Positions 10,154 to 18,453 of a DNA stretch of 64,000 nt are shown piece by piece. Both the position numbers and the translations under genes were made by a program. Position 1 is the first letter of the stretch. Each line of letters opens with the position of its first letter. The DNA comes from Coleofasciculus sp. B1-GNL1-01. Its GTDB lineage: Bacteria; Cyanobacteriota; Cyanobacteriia; Cyanobacteriales; Coleofasciculaceae. Under the pieces are notes generated by a model that saw nothing but the letters and a program-made list of their open reading frames with translations, did not search any database and was not told the DNA's origin. The stretch lies in assembly GCA_040220235.1 (NCBI GenBank), contig JAVJTO010000168.1; one strand, written 5' to 3'.

Positions 10154-10888
10154 ATGCGCCAACTGAAAATCCCTCTGATCATGTTTGTTTGTTGTCTACT
10201 CGTCAGTTGCGAGAACAACCCTCCAAACCCGACAGATACCTCTTCTGTGTCTTCTCCAGATGCACCATCGGCGCAGCCATCATCCCCTGACACCTCACCT
10301 GGCGAAAGTCCTACGATTGATCCGTCTAAATCAACTCAATCGGCTCAAACCCAACGGATATCTGCAAAGGGGATTGGAGTGGCGCAAGTGGGGATGACGC
10401 TGGGTGAACTGAAAGAATTGCTGGCTGATCAAGCTGAGTTTCAGGTGACGTCACCATTCATGGTCGATTTTGATGCGATCGCGATCGTTCAAGAGGGTAA
10501 ACCCCAATACTACATCTTGTATCCGGCGGGAATACCGATGAGTGATGACGATATCATCGAGGCGCTAGTGACAGACAATCCCAATTATCAAACGGCTGAG
10601 GGTGTTAGACCCGGAACCCCCCTCAAGCAAGCAGAAGAGGTTTACGGAGAGGCAACTCTGACCTATCACACTGTTAACGAGTCACGGGAATACGTCAAGT
10701 TTGCTCAACACCCGTCTCCTGACATGACATTTCGGCTTGGTGCAGCGAATGATGATAGCTTGGCTGGGGTCTATCCCTCACCACAAAAGGAATTTAACCA
10801 GACGAAGGAGTATAAGGATACGGCGACGATTCGTTTTGTCGAAGTGTATTGCTCAAAGGATTGTCCCGTGCAACCTCTGCCCAATTGA
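10154..10888 (+). CDS. Hypothetical lipoprotein
   Basis: Lipobox LVSC, Pro/Ser linker, two GIG/GVRPG-type repeats; alternative start 10115. Confidence 0.65.
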   Translation: MRQLKIPLIMFVCCLLVSCENNPPNPTDTSSVSSPDAPSAQPSSPDTSPGESPTIDPSKSTQSAQTQRISAKGIGVAQVGMTLGELKELLADQAEFQVTSPFMVDFDAIAIVQEGKPQYYILYPAGIPMSDDDIIEALVTDNPNYQTAEGVRPGTPLKQAEEVYGEATLTYHTVNESREYVKFAQHPSPDMTFRLGAANDDSLAGVYPSPQKEFNQTKEYKDTATIRFVEVYCSKDCPVQPLPN

Positions 10889-10954
10889 CAGATACAGCAG
10901 TTTGCTCTGCTATGCGGTACATTGTCGATCCCCCTTCCGTCCCCCTTCAAAAGG

Positions 10955-11380
10955 CAGGGCTAATTCCGCAGTGATGAGAGAAAATTAGGGCGACCAGGAT
11001 AAGCGCGTACACTAAATCTTGCAACCATGTTTAATCGAAAACCTTAGAACCTTTGTGGTAACAAGCTCCTAGGTGAGTGCTAGTGGAAAGAGCGATCGCG
11101 TCTTTGAGCTAAACCCTAGAACCTTTGTGGCAACAAGCTCCTCAGCCAGTGCTAGTGGAAAGAGCGATCGCGTAAAGTAACTATAGCAATCCTAAATAGG
11201 ACGCAACCAGTGAAGAGCTTGAAACCTAGGTATAGCAAGGGTTTCAGTTTTGAAAATTGCCACAACCTAAATAGGATTGCTATATGTGTTCTAATGGTGT
11301 TCTTCTAGCCCAGAGTCGTCTTGCCGTCTGAATAGTCCTGGTCGCCCTAATTTTCTCTCATCACTGCGGAATTAGCCCTG
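10955..11380. mobile_element. 426-bp non-autonomous element with 45-bp TIRs starting CAGGG (ISAs1-like ends) and 10-bp TSD
   Basis: TIR CAGGGCTAATTCCGCAGTGATGAGAGAAAATTAGGGCGACCAGGA at both ends; CTTCAAAAGG duplicated at 10945-10954 and 11381-11390. Confidence 0.88.
11182..11284. mobile_element. Innermost ~100-bp MITE (TATAGCAATCCTA...TAGGATTGCTATA)
   Basis: 13-bp terminal inverted repeat with TA ends (IS630/Tc1-like). Confidence 0.7.
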
Positions 11381-11949
11381 CTTCAAAAGGGGGAAACCAG
11401 AGGATGCTTCGCTTTTATTGCACGGGGATTTAGGGGGATCGACAATGTACCGCATAGCAGAGCAAACTGCTGTAAGCCACATTACCCACGATAGGATACT
11501 GGGTGTGGGGTGTGGGGTATGGGGTGTGGGGGGATTCTTTTTGAAATATCCTTCTATTTTAACACCAAACTGATTGGAATGGGTAGGTATTATCCCCACA
11601 TCTTCTCGAAAAATCACCCAACCTTGACATAAAAAATATTTGTAAAGCAGTAGATTGACTTCTCCAAAATTTGCTGATTTAATATCGATGGAGTTACGAT
11701 AGAGATAGACAGTTAGAGAGAGCGGTAAACGTCCAGGCTAAATAGACCGCAAGGAATAGATTTAGTTAGGATAAACCTTACTGTTCTTCCTATAGACCCA
11801 TGACTAGAGTCAAGAGCCTGAGGTACAAATAAAACGCTACGAGTTTTTAGTAGAATCACAATCACCTTAGACTGTTGACCAAAATTTCTAAAAGAATGGT
11901 CAGGGCTACGTCTAACGTTCAAAAGTTTGCACAAAAAAAGAGGTAAATA

Positions 11950-14241
11950 ATGCCTATGGTTGGGACAGTTGCCCCTAACACATCTACGCAAAAACATGAA
12001 ACAGCTAGTGTTTTATGCGAACAATGGCAGGATTTTAATCCCGGTAAATGGACGAATGAAATTAATGTCCGGGATTTCATCCAAAAGAATTACACCCCCT
12101 ATACACAAGACGATTCTTTCCTTGCCGGAGCAACGGAACGGACGAAAACACTCTGGCAAAACGTCTGCGATTTGATGCAGCAAGAGCGGGAAAAGGGTAT
12201 TTTAGATGTCGATACCAAAGTCCCCACCAGTATCACCGCCCATGCACCGGGTTATATTGATCAAAACCTGGAACAAATTGTCGGTGTCCAAACCGATAAA
12301 CCGTTAAAACGGGCAATTATGCCCTTGGGTGGTATCCGAGTTGTTAAGAAATCCCTCGAAGCTTACGGCTATCAGCTTGATCCCCAAACAGAAGAGATTT
12401 TCACCAACTATCGCAAAACCCATAATGATGGCGTGTTTGATGCCTATACGCGGGAAATGCGGAAAGCGCGACATTCTGGGATTATTACGGGGTTACCGGA
12501 TGCCTATGGTCGAGGTCGAATTATTGGTGACTATCGCCGGGTAGCATTATATGGAATCACCCGTTTAATTGCTGATAAAAAACAGCAGCAAGATTCTCTG
12601 GAATTCGATGCGATTGATGAGTCGGTTATTCAGCAACGGGAAGAAATTTCTGAACAAATCCGGGCGCTAAATGAACTTCAGGAAATGGCAGCTAGCTATG
12701 GCTGTGATCTTAGCCGTCCGGCGGCAACTGCCCAAGAAGCGGTACAGTGGACGTACTTTGGCTATTTGGGTGCGGTGAAGGAACAAAATGGCGCGGCGAT
12801 GTCCTTGGGACGGGTGTCTACGTTCCTGGATATTTATGTGGAACGGGATTTAAATAACGGCACGCTGAATGAATCCGAGGTGCAGGAATTAATTGACCAT
12901 TTCGTGATGAAACTGCGGATGGTACGCTTCCTGCGGGCGCCAGCTTATAATGAACTGTTCTCTGGTGACCCAGTTTGGGTAACCGAAGCCATTGGCGGAA
13001 TGGGTGAAGATGGTCGTCCGTTGGTGACGAAGACGAGTTTCCGGTTCTTGCATACCCTTTATAACTTGGGTCCTGCACCGGAACCAAATTTAACCGTCCT
13101 GTGGTCAGAACGGCTACCGATTAACTTTAAGCGGTTCTGCGCCAAGGTATCGGTAGAAACCAGTTCGATTCAGTACGAGAACGATGACCTGATGCGATCG
13201 CACTATGGTGATGATTATGGCATTGCCTGCTGTGTTTCGGGGATGCCGATTGGCAAACAGATGCAGTTCTTTGGCGCACGGGTTAACCTGGCAAAAGCCT
13301 TACTCTATGCGATTAATGGTGGTAAGGATGAAAAAGCGGGCGAACAAATCGGTCCAGAACTGGCAGCGATTACCTCAGAGTACCTCGATTATGACGAGGT
13401 GATGGGGAAATTCGACCAAATGATCGAGTGGTTGGCGAAACTCTACGTCAATACCTTGAATGTGATCCACTACATGCACGATAAATATTGTTATGAGCGT
13501 TTGGAAATGGCGCTGCATGACCGGGATGTTTATCGGACAATGGCATGTGGGATTGCTGGCTTGTCGGTGGTTGGCGATGCGTTATCGGCGATTAAATATG
13601 CCAAGGTGAAAGTTATTCGCAATGATCAAGGTCTCGCCGTAGACTATGAGGTGGAAGGCGATTATCCCAAGTTTGGCAATAATGATGATCAAGTGGATGA
13701 GATTACTGCCAACCTGGTGAAAGCGTTTATGGATAAAGTCCGCAAGAATAAGACCTATCGCGGCGCTGTTCCTACCCAGTCGATTCTGACGATTACCTCC
13801 AATGTAGTGTACGGGAAGAAGACCGGAAGTACCCCCGATGGGCGCAAAGCTGGGGAACCCTTTGCCCCTGGTGCGAACCCGATGCATGGTCGTGATAGCA
13901 ATGGCGCGATCGCAGCGTTGGCTTCCGTGGCGAAACTACCTTATGAACACGCCCAAGATGGGATTTCTTATACGTTCTCCATTGTCCCCCAAGCGTTGGG
14001 TAAGACGGATGATGCTAAGGTGAACAACTTGGTGGGAATGCTGGATGGGTATTTCCATGATGAAGGTCATCACATCAACGTCAATGTCTTCAATCGCGAT
14101 ACCCTGCTGGATGCGATGGATCATCCGGAGAAATACCCGCAATTAACGATTCGGGTATCGGGTTATGCGGTGAACTTTATTAAGTTAACCCGCGAACAGC
14201 AACTGGATGTGATTAATCGCACATTCCACGAACGGATTTAG
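11950..14241 (+). CDS. pflB: Pyruvate formate-lyase (formate C-acetyltransferase)
   Basis: [25 protein letters not shown] catalytic Cys-Cys, glycyl-radical loop [16 protein letters not shown]. Confidence 0.98.
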   Translation: MPMVGTVAPNTSTQKHETASVLCEQWQDFNPGKWTNEINVRDFIQKNYTPYTQDDSFLAGATERTKTLWQNVCDLMQQEREKGILDVDTKVPTSITAHAPGYIDQNLEQIVGVQTDKPLKRAIMPLGGIRVVKKSLEAYGYQLDPQTEEIFTNYRKTHNDGVFDAYTREMRKARHSGIITGLPDAYGRGRIIGDYRRVALYGITRLIADKKQQQDSLEFDAIDESVIQQREEISEQIRALNELQEMAASYGCDLSRPAATAQEAVQWTYFGYLGAVKEQNGAAMSLGRVSTFLDIYVERDLNNGTLNESEVQELIDHFVMKLRMVRFLRAPAYNELFSGDPVWVTEAIGGMGEDGRPLVTKTSFRFLHTLYNLGPAPEPNLTVLWSERLPINFKRFCAKVSVETSSIQYENDDLMRSHYGDDYGIACCVSGMPIGKQMQFFGARVNLAKALLYAINGGKDEKAGEQIGPELAAITSEYLDYDEVMGKFDQMIEWLAKLYVNTLNVIHYMHDKYCYERLEMALHDRDVYRTMACGIAGLSVVGDALSAIKYAKVKVIRNDQGLAVDYEVEGDYPKFGNNDDQVDEITANLVKAFMDKVRKNKTYRGAVPTQSILTITSNVVYGKKTGSTPDGRKAGEPFAPGANPMHGRDSNGAIAALASVAKLPYEHAQDGISYTFSIVPQALGKTDDAKVNNLVGMLDGYFHDEGHHINVNVFNRDTLLDAMDHPEKYPQLTIRVSGYAVNFIKLTREQQLDVINRTFHERI

Positions 14242-14596
14242 GCGGAGTTCCTTTTACCTGATTAGGTAGACAAGTCCGTTTTTCTGGGGGGCTAGCCCCC
14301 CAGACCCCCCAGTGGGGACGTTGCGACCCCCCCACACCCCCGCCGCAACGCTTCGCTATTGTTTGACCACACCTTAATCCATTCAATATTCATTCAGGGC
14401 AAGTTTAGTTACATCTAGGTTTCTGTAAACATTAGTCATAAAACACGCCCCTACAGACGAATACAGCGTTTTCAGACTCGATGTGATACACAATTTCCAA
14501 GAGTAGAAACGCACTGTCTCATCGTTACTGTACTACACCGTGTTAGAAAGTGCTGTAATGGCACGTCTGAAACAATCAAACCTCAAAAATCGAACT

Positions 14597-15376
14597 ATGG
14601 TAATGCAATCATCAATTTCTCAATCCCCAATCGCCACTCCCAAAACCTCAGTAACTGGACGCATTCACTCCTTAGAAAGCTGCGGTACAGTGGATGGTCC
14701 AGGTATCCGCTTTGTTATTTTTACCCAAGGTTGTCCCCTGCGTTGTCTTTATTGTCACAATCCGGATAGCCGCTGTATCCGTGAAGGTCAGGAGGTTACC
14801 GTTGATGAACTGATGACCCAGATCCCAAAGTATCGTTCCTACATGCGCTTTTCTGGCGGCGGCGTTACCATAACAGGGGGTGAACCCTTGATGCAGCCGA
14901 AGTTTGTCCGCGAAATTTTCCGACGTTGCCAAGACCAAGGGATTCATACCGCCCTGGATACGTCGGGTTATGTGAATTTGGATGTGGCTAAACCTGTGCT
15001 GGATCATGTCGATTTGGTCTTGTTAGACATCAAATCCTTTGATCCCAAAATTTATTTTAAGATTACCAACGTTTCCCTAGAACCCACACTCGCATTTGCC
15101 CAGTATCTGAGTGAGATTCAAAAGCCAACCTGGATTCGCTTTGTCCTAGTTCCCAATTTATCCGATAACCTAGAGAGTATCGAGGGATTAGCCCAGTTTG
15201 TCTCTAGCTTGGGCAATGTGGAAAAAGTCGAAGTTCTGCCGTTTCACAAAATGGGAGAGTATAAATGGCAACAGCTAGGGTATGACTATCAGCTTAAAGA
15301 CACACCCTCGCCAACGCCCCAACAGGTACAGCAGGTTATGGACATCTTTCAAAGACAGGGGCTGAACGTGCAGTAA
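14597..15376 (+). CDS. pflA: Pyruvate formate-lyase activating enzyme (radical SAM)
   Basis: GTVDGPGIRFV, CPLRCLYCHNPD, GGEPL, LPFHKMGEYKW; start uncertain (14540/14597/14603). Confidence 0.96.
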   Translation: MVMQSSISQSPIATPKTSVTGRIHSLESCGTVDGPGIRFVIFTQGCPLRCLYCHNPDSRCIREGQEVTVDELMTQIPKYRSYMRFSGGGVTITGGEPLMQPKFVREIFRRCQDQGIHTALDTSGYVNLDVAKPVLDHVDLVLLDIKSFDPKIYFKITNVSLEPTLAFAQYLSEIQKPTWIRFVLVPNLSDNLESIEGLAQFVSSLGNVEKVEVLPFHKMGEYKWQQLGYDYQLKDTPSPTPQQVQQVMDIFQRQGLNVQ

Positions 15377-15392
15377 GATTGAGGTGTAGACC

Positions 15393-15650
15393 ATGGACGG
15401 GAAAGAAAATCTCTATTTATGTATGGGTTCAGCCTGTCATCAATTGGGTGTTTATGAAGTATTACCCAAAATTCAGCAGTTGATTAGCACCTACAATTTG
15501 GAGGATAAGGTTGAATTAAAGGGGTCTTTTTGTTTAGAGACCTGTAGCGCTGGTATTGTGATGAAGTTTAAGGATAAATTCTTTGTCAATATCAATGCGA
15601 ATAATGTTGAGCAAAAGTTTAAACAAGAGATTCTGCCCTGTATTCAATGA
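15393..15650 (+). CDS. Thioredoxin-like [2Fe-2S] ferredoxin, HfsA-like
   Basis: CMGSACH...VELKGSFCLETC four-Cys pattern (C-x4-C ... C-x3-C); RBS GAGGT. Confidence 0.85.
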   Translation: MDGKENLYLCMGSACHQLGVYEVLPKIQQLISTYNLEDKVELKGSFCLETCSAGIVMKFKDKFFVNINANNVEQKFKQEILPCIQ

Positions 15651-15752
15651 TGTCTAGGGAGAGGAGGTGATTTAGGGTGAGGAGAGGGAACAGGGAACAG
15701 GGAACAATACATTTCAGTTAGCTTTGGTATAGCAACTTGAAGAATAAATACT

Positions 15753-16259
15753 ATGGCGAATAACGATAAGAGTTTGTGGGAATTATTGTGGCAGTATGAC
15801 CCAAATGGTTTGATTGTCGTGGATAAAGATATGACGATTAAGTTGGTGAATCCTGCGTTTTGCAAAATGTTTAATGTGGAACAGGAGGCGGCTATTGGTC
15901 AGTCCGCCTCCAAAATTTTGACGGATGTCAGTGATTTTCAACGGGTCTGGGATCAGGATGAGGTGATTCAGGGGAAGGAAAAAGAGTACGCGAATCACCA
16001 ACTTTATGTCAGAGAAGTTATTTTTCCGATTAAAGAGGAAAATATAATTGCAGCTATTTTGGTGAATATGAGTTATGAATTACAGCGTAAGCGAGAATTG
16101 ATAAAAGTTAAGCGAGAAACGGTGGAAAAGGTTAATGAGGTGGTGGATAATCAAATGAAAGTTGTCCAAGAAATTGCCGGAATATTGGGAGAAACAACGG
16201 CAACGACGAAGGTGAGTCTATTGAAAATTATTCAAATGGTGGAACAGGAGATGGGGTAG
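15753..16259 (+). CDS. PAS-domain protein corresponding to the C-terminus of sensory [FeFe]-hydrogenase HydS/HfsB, without H-cluster domain
   Basis: PNGLIVVD...VNPAFCKMF PAS start and the C-terminal QMKVVQEIAGILGETTATTK motif typical of HfsB/HydS. Confidence 0.8.
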   Translation: MANNDKSLWELLWQYDPNGLIVVDKDMTIKLVNPAFCKMFNVEQEAAIGQSASKILTDVSDFQRVWDQDEVIQGKEKEYANHQLYVREVIFPIKEENIIAAILVNMSYELQRKRELIKVKRETVEKVNEVVDNQMKVVQEIAGILGETTATTKVSLLKIIQMVEQEMG

Positions 16260-16364
16260 AAGATAGGTTAGGAAGCTGGGGAAGCTGGGGAGCAATGTAG
16301 AGACGTGCCATGGCGCGTCTGGAAGCAGGGGGAGCAGTCGTTTAACTATATAATATAAAAGCTT

Positions 16365-17531
16365 ATGAGTCGTGATCATTTTCTAGATATCTATGATTTA
16401 AGCTTAAATAAAAAGGGAGAGGAACTATGTGGCGATCAGGTTAAGTTTATCAAGACAAAGGATAAAACGACGATTGTTTTATCGGATGGGTTGGGAAGTG
16501 GTGTCAAGGCTAATATCCTGGCAACGCTGACGACGGAAATCTTGATCACCATGTTGAATGCCGATCTGCCTCTAACCGAGGTAATTGAAACGGTGATTGG
16601 TACATTGCCAATTTGTAGTGTCCGCAAAATTGCTTACGCCACCTTTACTATAATTCGTATTAATCATAAAACCAATAAATTTAAAGTTATAAACTTTGAT
16701 AACCCACCCATTTTTCATTTTAGGAAAGGAAAACCTGTTCCCGTTGAAACCCGAACTGAGAAAATTCTGGAGAAAGACATTGTTATTTCAGAAGGGCATT
16801 TAGAACGGGGAGATTTCCTGGGGGCGATTAGTGATGGCGTCTTGTATGCGGGGCTGGGTGCGGTCTTAAATTTTGGCTGGGGCTGGGAAAATATTGCCAA
16901 ATACATTGAAAGCTTATATATTCGGGATACCTACACTGCTCGTAATATTGTCCGTAAAGTGATTGGCGAAACGCACAACCTCTATCAAGGGAAAATTGGG
17001 GATGATGCCACGTTTGTGGGCGTCTGTGTGCGAAAGCGTAATGAGTTAATGATTTTTACCGGACCCCCTCTAGATCAACGTCACGACAAGGTTTATGTGG
17101 AACGCTTATTAAATTTTGAGGGTAGAAAAGTGATCTGTGGCGGCACCACGGGAAATATTGTGGGGAAATATCTGGGTGAAGAGGTGGAAATGGATATTGC
17201 CACGATGCGACCGGATTTGCCGCCGATTGGTAAGTTAAGCCAAATTGACCTGGTAACTGAAGGGATATTAACTATCTCCAAAAGCCTAGAAATCTTAAAA
17301 AAATGTAAATGTGATATCGATCGCCTACCGAGTGATCGCAATGGTGCAGCGATGCTGGCGAAGGAAATCTTGATGGCGGATTCGGTACTCTTCTTGGTGG
17401 GGCAGAAAATTAACGAATTTTACCAAAATCCGCTGTTACCCAAAAACATTTCCATCCGCCGAAATTTAGTAGAAGAGGTAGTGAAGTATTTGCAAAATCA
17501 TAAGAAAGAAGTCCAGTTAGAATACTGCTAA
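16365..17531 (+). CDS. SpoIIE/PP2C-family Ser/Thr phosphatase, HfsC-like
   Basis: LNKKGEELCGD, LSDGLGSGVKANILATLT, SDGV, GDDAT, VICGGTT, LVTEGILT. Confidence 0.88.
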   Translation: MSRDHFLDIYDLSLNKKGEELCGDQVKFIKTKDKTTIVLSDGLGSGVKANILATLTTEILITMLNADLPLTEVIETVIGTLPICSVRKIAYATFTIIRINHKTNKFKVINFDNPPIFHFRKGKPVPVETRTEKILEKDIVISEGHLERGDFLGAISDGVLYAGLGAVLNFGWGWENIAKYIESLYIRDTYTARNIVRKVIGETHNLYQGKIGDDATFVGVCVRKRNELMIFTGPPLDQRHDKVYVERLLNFEGRKVICGGTTGNIVGKYLGEEVEMDIATMRPDLPPIGKLSQIDLVTEGILTISKSLEILKKCKCDIDRLPSDRNGAAMLAKEILMADSVLFLVGQKINEFYQNPLLPKNISIRRNLVEEVVKYLQNHKKEVQLEYC

Positions 17532-17616
17532 GTTAGGTCAGTGGAGATCAAGGGAATGATGTTACGGTCTGTAAACATCCAGTCAAGCCTGACGAAGGAC
17601 AAAGGACATAAGACCA

Positions 17617-18228
17617 ATGACAAATGACCAATGGGTGGTGATTGGCTATGGGAATACACTGCGGCGGGATGACGGTGTGGGTCAAGTTGTGGCAATGGAG
17701 GTACAAGAGTGGGGATTTTTGGGAGTGCGATCGCTTCCCCTGCACCAACTGACTCCAGAATTGGCACAAACCTTAGCTACGGTGGAGGGGGCGATTTTTG
17801 TGGATGCTTATCCGGTATCTGGAGAGACAGCCACGGTGCAAGTCTTTCCCCTGCGATCGGAGGATGCTGATACAATCTCGGTCGGGCATCATTGTGATCC
17901 GCGATCGCTGTTAGCGTTAGCCCAAGTCCTTTATGATCATTCTCCCTCCGCTTGGCTGGTTACTATCCCCGCTGTTGACTTCGAGTTTGGCGAAACCCTC
18001 TCACCCATTGCCCAACAGGGAGTTACCGACGCCCTGATTCATATTCATCGCCTGTTGGCAATACAAGCGGAATCGCCAACTCAATTATCATCAGGTTGCA
18101 CCGAGATGGGGGAGCAGAGGGAGCTGGGGGAGCAGAGGGAGCCGGGGGAGCCGGGGGAGCCGGGGGAGCCGGGGGAGCAGAGGGAGCTGGGGGAGTTAAT
18201 AAAAGCGCCATGCCCTCGAACCAAGTGA
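17617..18228 (+). CDS. [NiFe]-hydrogenase maturation protease (HoxW-like); C-terminus extended by repeat-derived sequence
   Basis: VIGYGNTLRRDDGVG, HQLTPEL, FVDA, HHCDP, FGETLS. Confidence 0.85.
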   Translation: MTNDQWVVIGYGNTLRRDDGVGQVVAMEVQEWGFLGVRSLPLHQLTPELAQTLATVEGAIFVDAYPVSGETATVQVFPLRSEDADTISVGHHCDPRSLLALAQVLYDHSPSAWLVTIPAVDFEFGETLSPIAQQGVTDALIHIHRLLAIQAESPTQLSSGCTEMGEQRELGEQREPGEPGEPGEPGEQRELGELIKAPCPRTK

Positions 18229-18340
18229 AGGGTAGAACTTCAAACTATTATCTTCCCCACCTTCCTCATCTTCCTCATCTTCCTCACCTTCCCCATCTTC
18301 CCCATCTTCCTCACCTTCCCATCTTCCCCACCTTCCCCAA
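18108..18340. repeat. 9-nt tandem repeats (GGGGAGCNG) followed by partly complementary CTTCCYCAY repeats
   Basis: Direct reading; the two blocks can form an imperfect hairpin. Confidence 0.8.
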
Positions 18341-18453
18341 CTGAGATGGCAGATTATCAGGGAGAACCCTAGGTTTTAGTCCTTGTGTGTTCAGTGTTAA
18401 CCGTTCCGTTTCAATTTTTCCCCAGAAGTATTAATTAAGGAAAGGAAAAAACA

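Larger units (their letters stand above)
10893..11474. mobile_element. Outer MITE with 43-bp perfect TIRs (TACAGCAGTTTGCTCTG...), host of nested insertions
   Basis: 10893-10935 is the exact reverse complement of 11432-11474; TA ends. Confidence 0.85.

Noticed and set aside
11620..11949. ZTP (pfl) riboswitch or HEARO-like RNA upstream of pflB
   Set aside because: The conserved ZTP elements (GACTGGCG...GCCTGGGC) are not visible; HEARO similarity is limited to a few short words and no IscB is present
15650..15753. Remnant of the [FeFe]-hydrogenase domain upstream of the PAS gene
   Set aside because: Only about 100 bp containing GGGAACA heptamers, with no Cys-motif coding remnant seen
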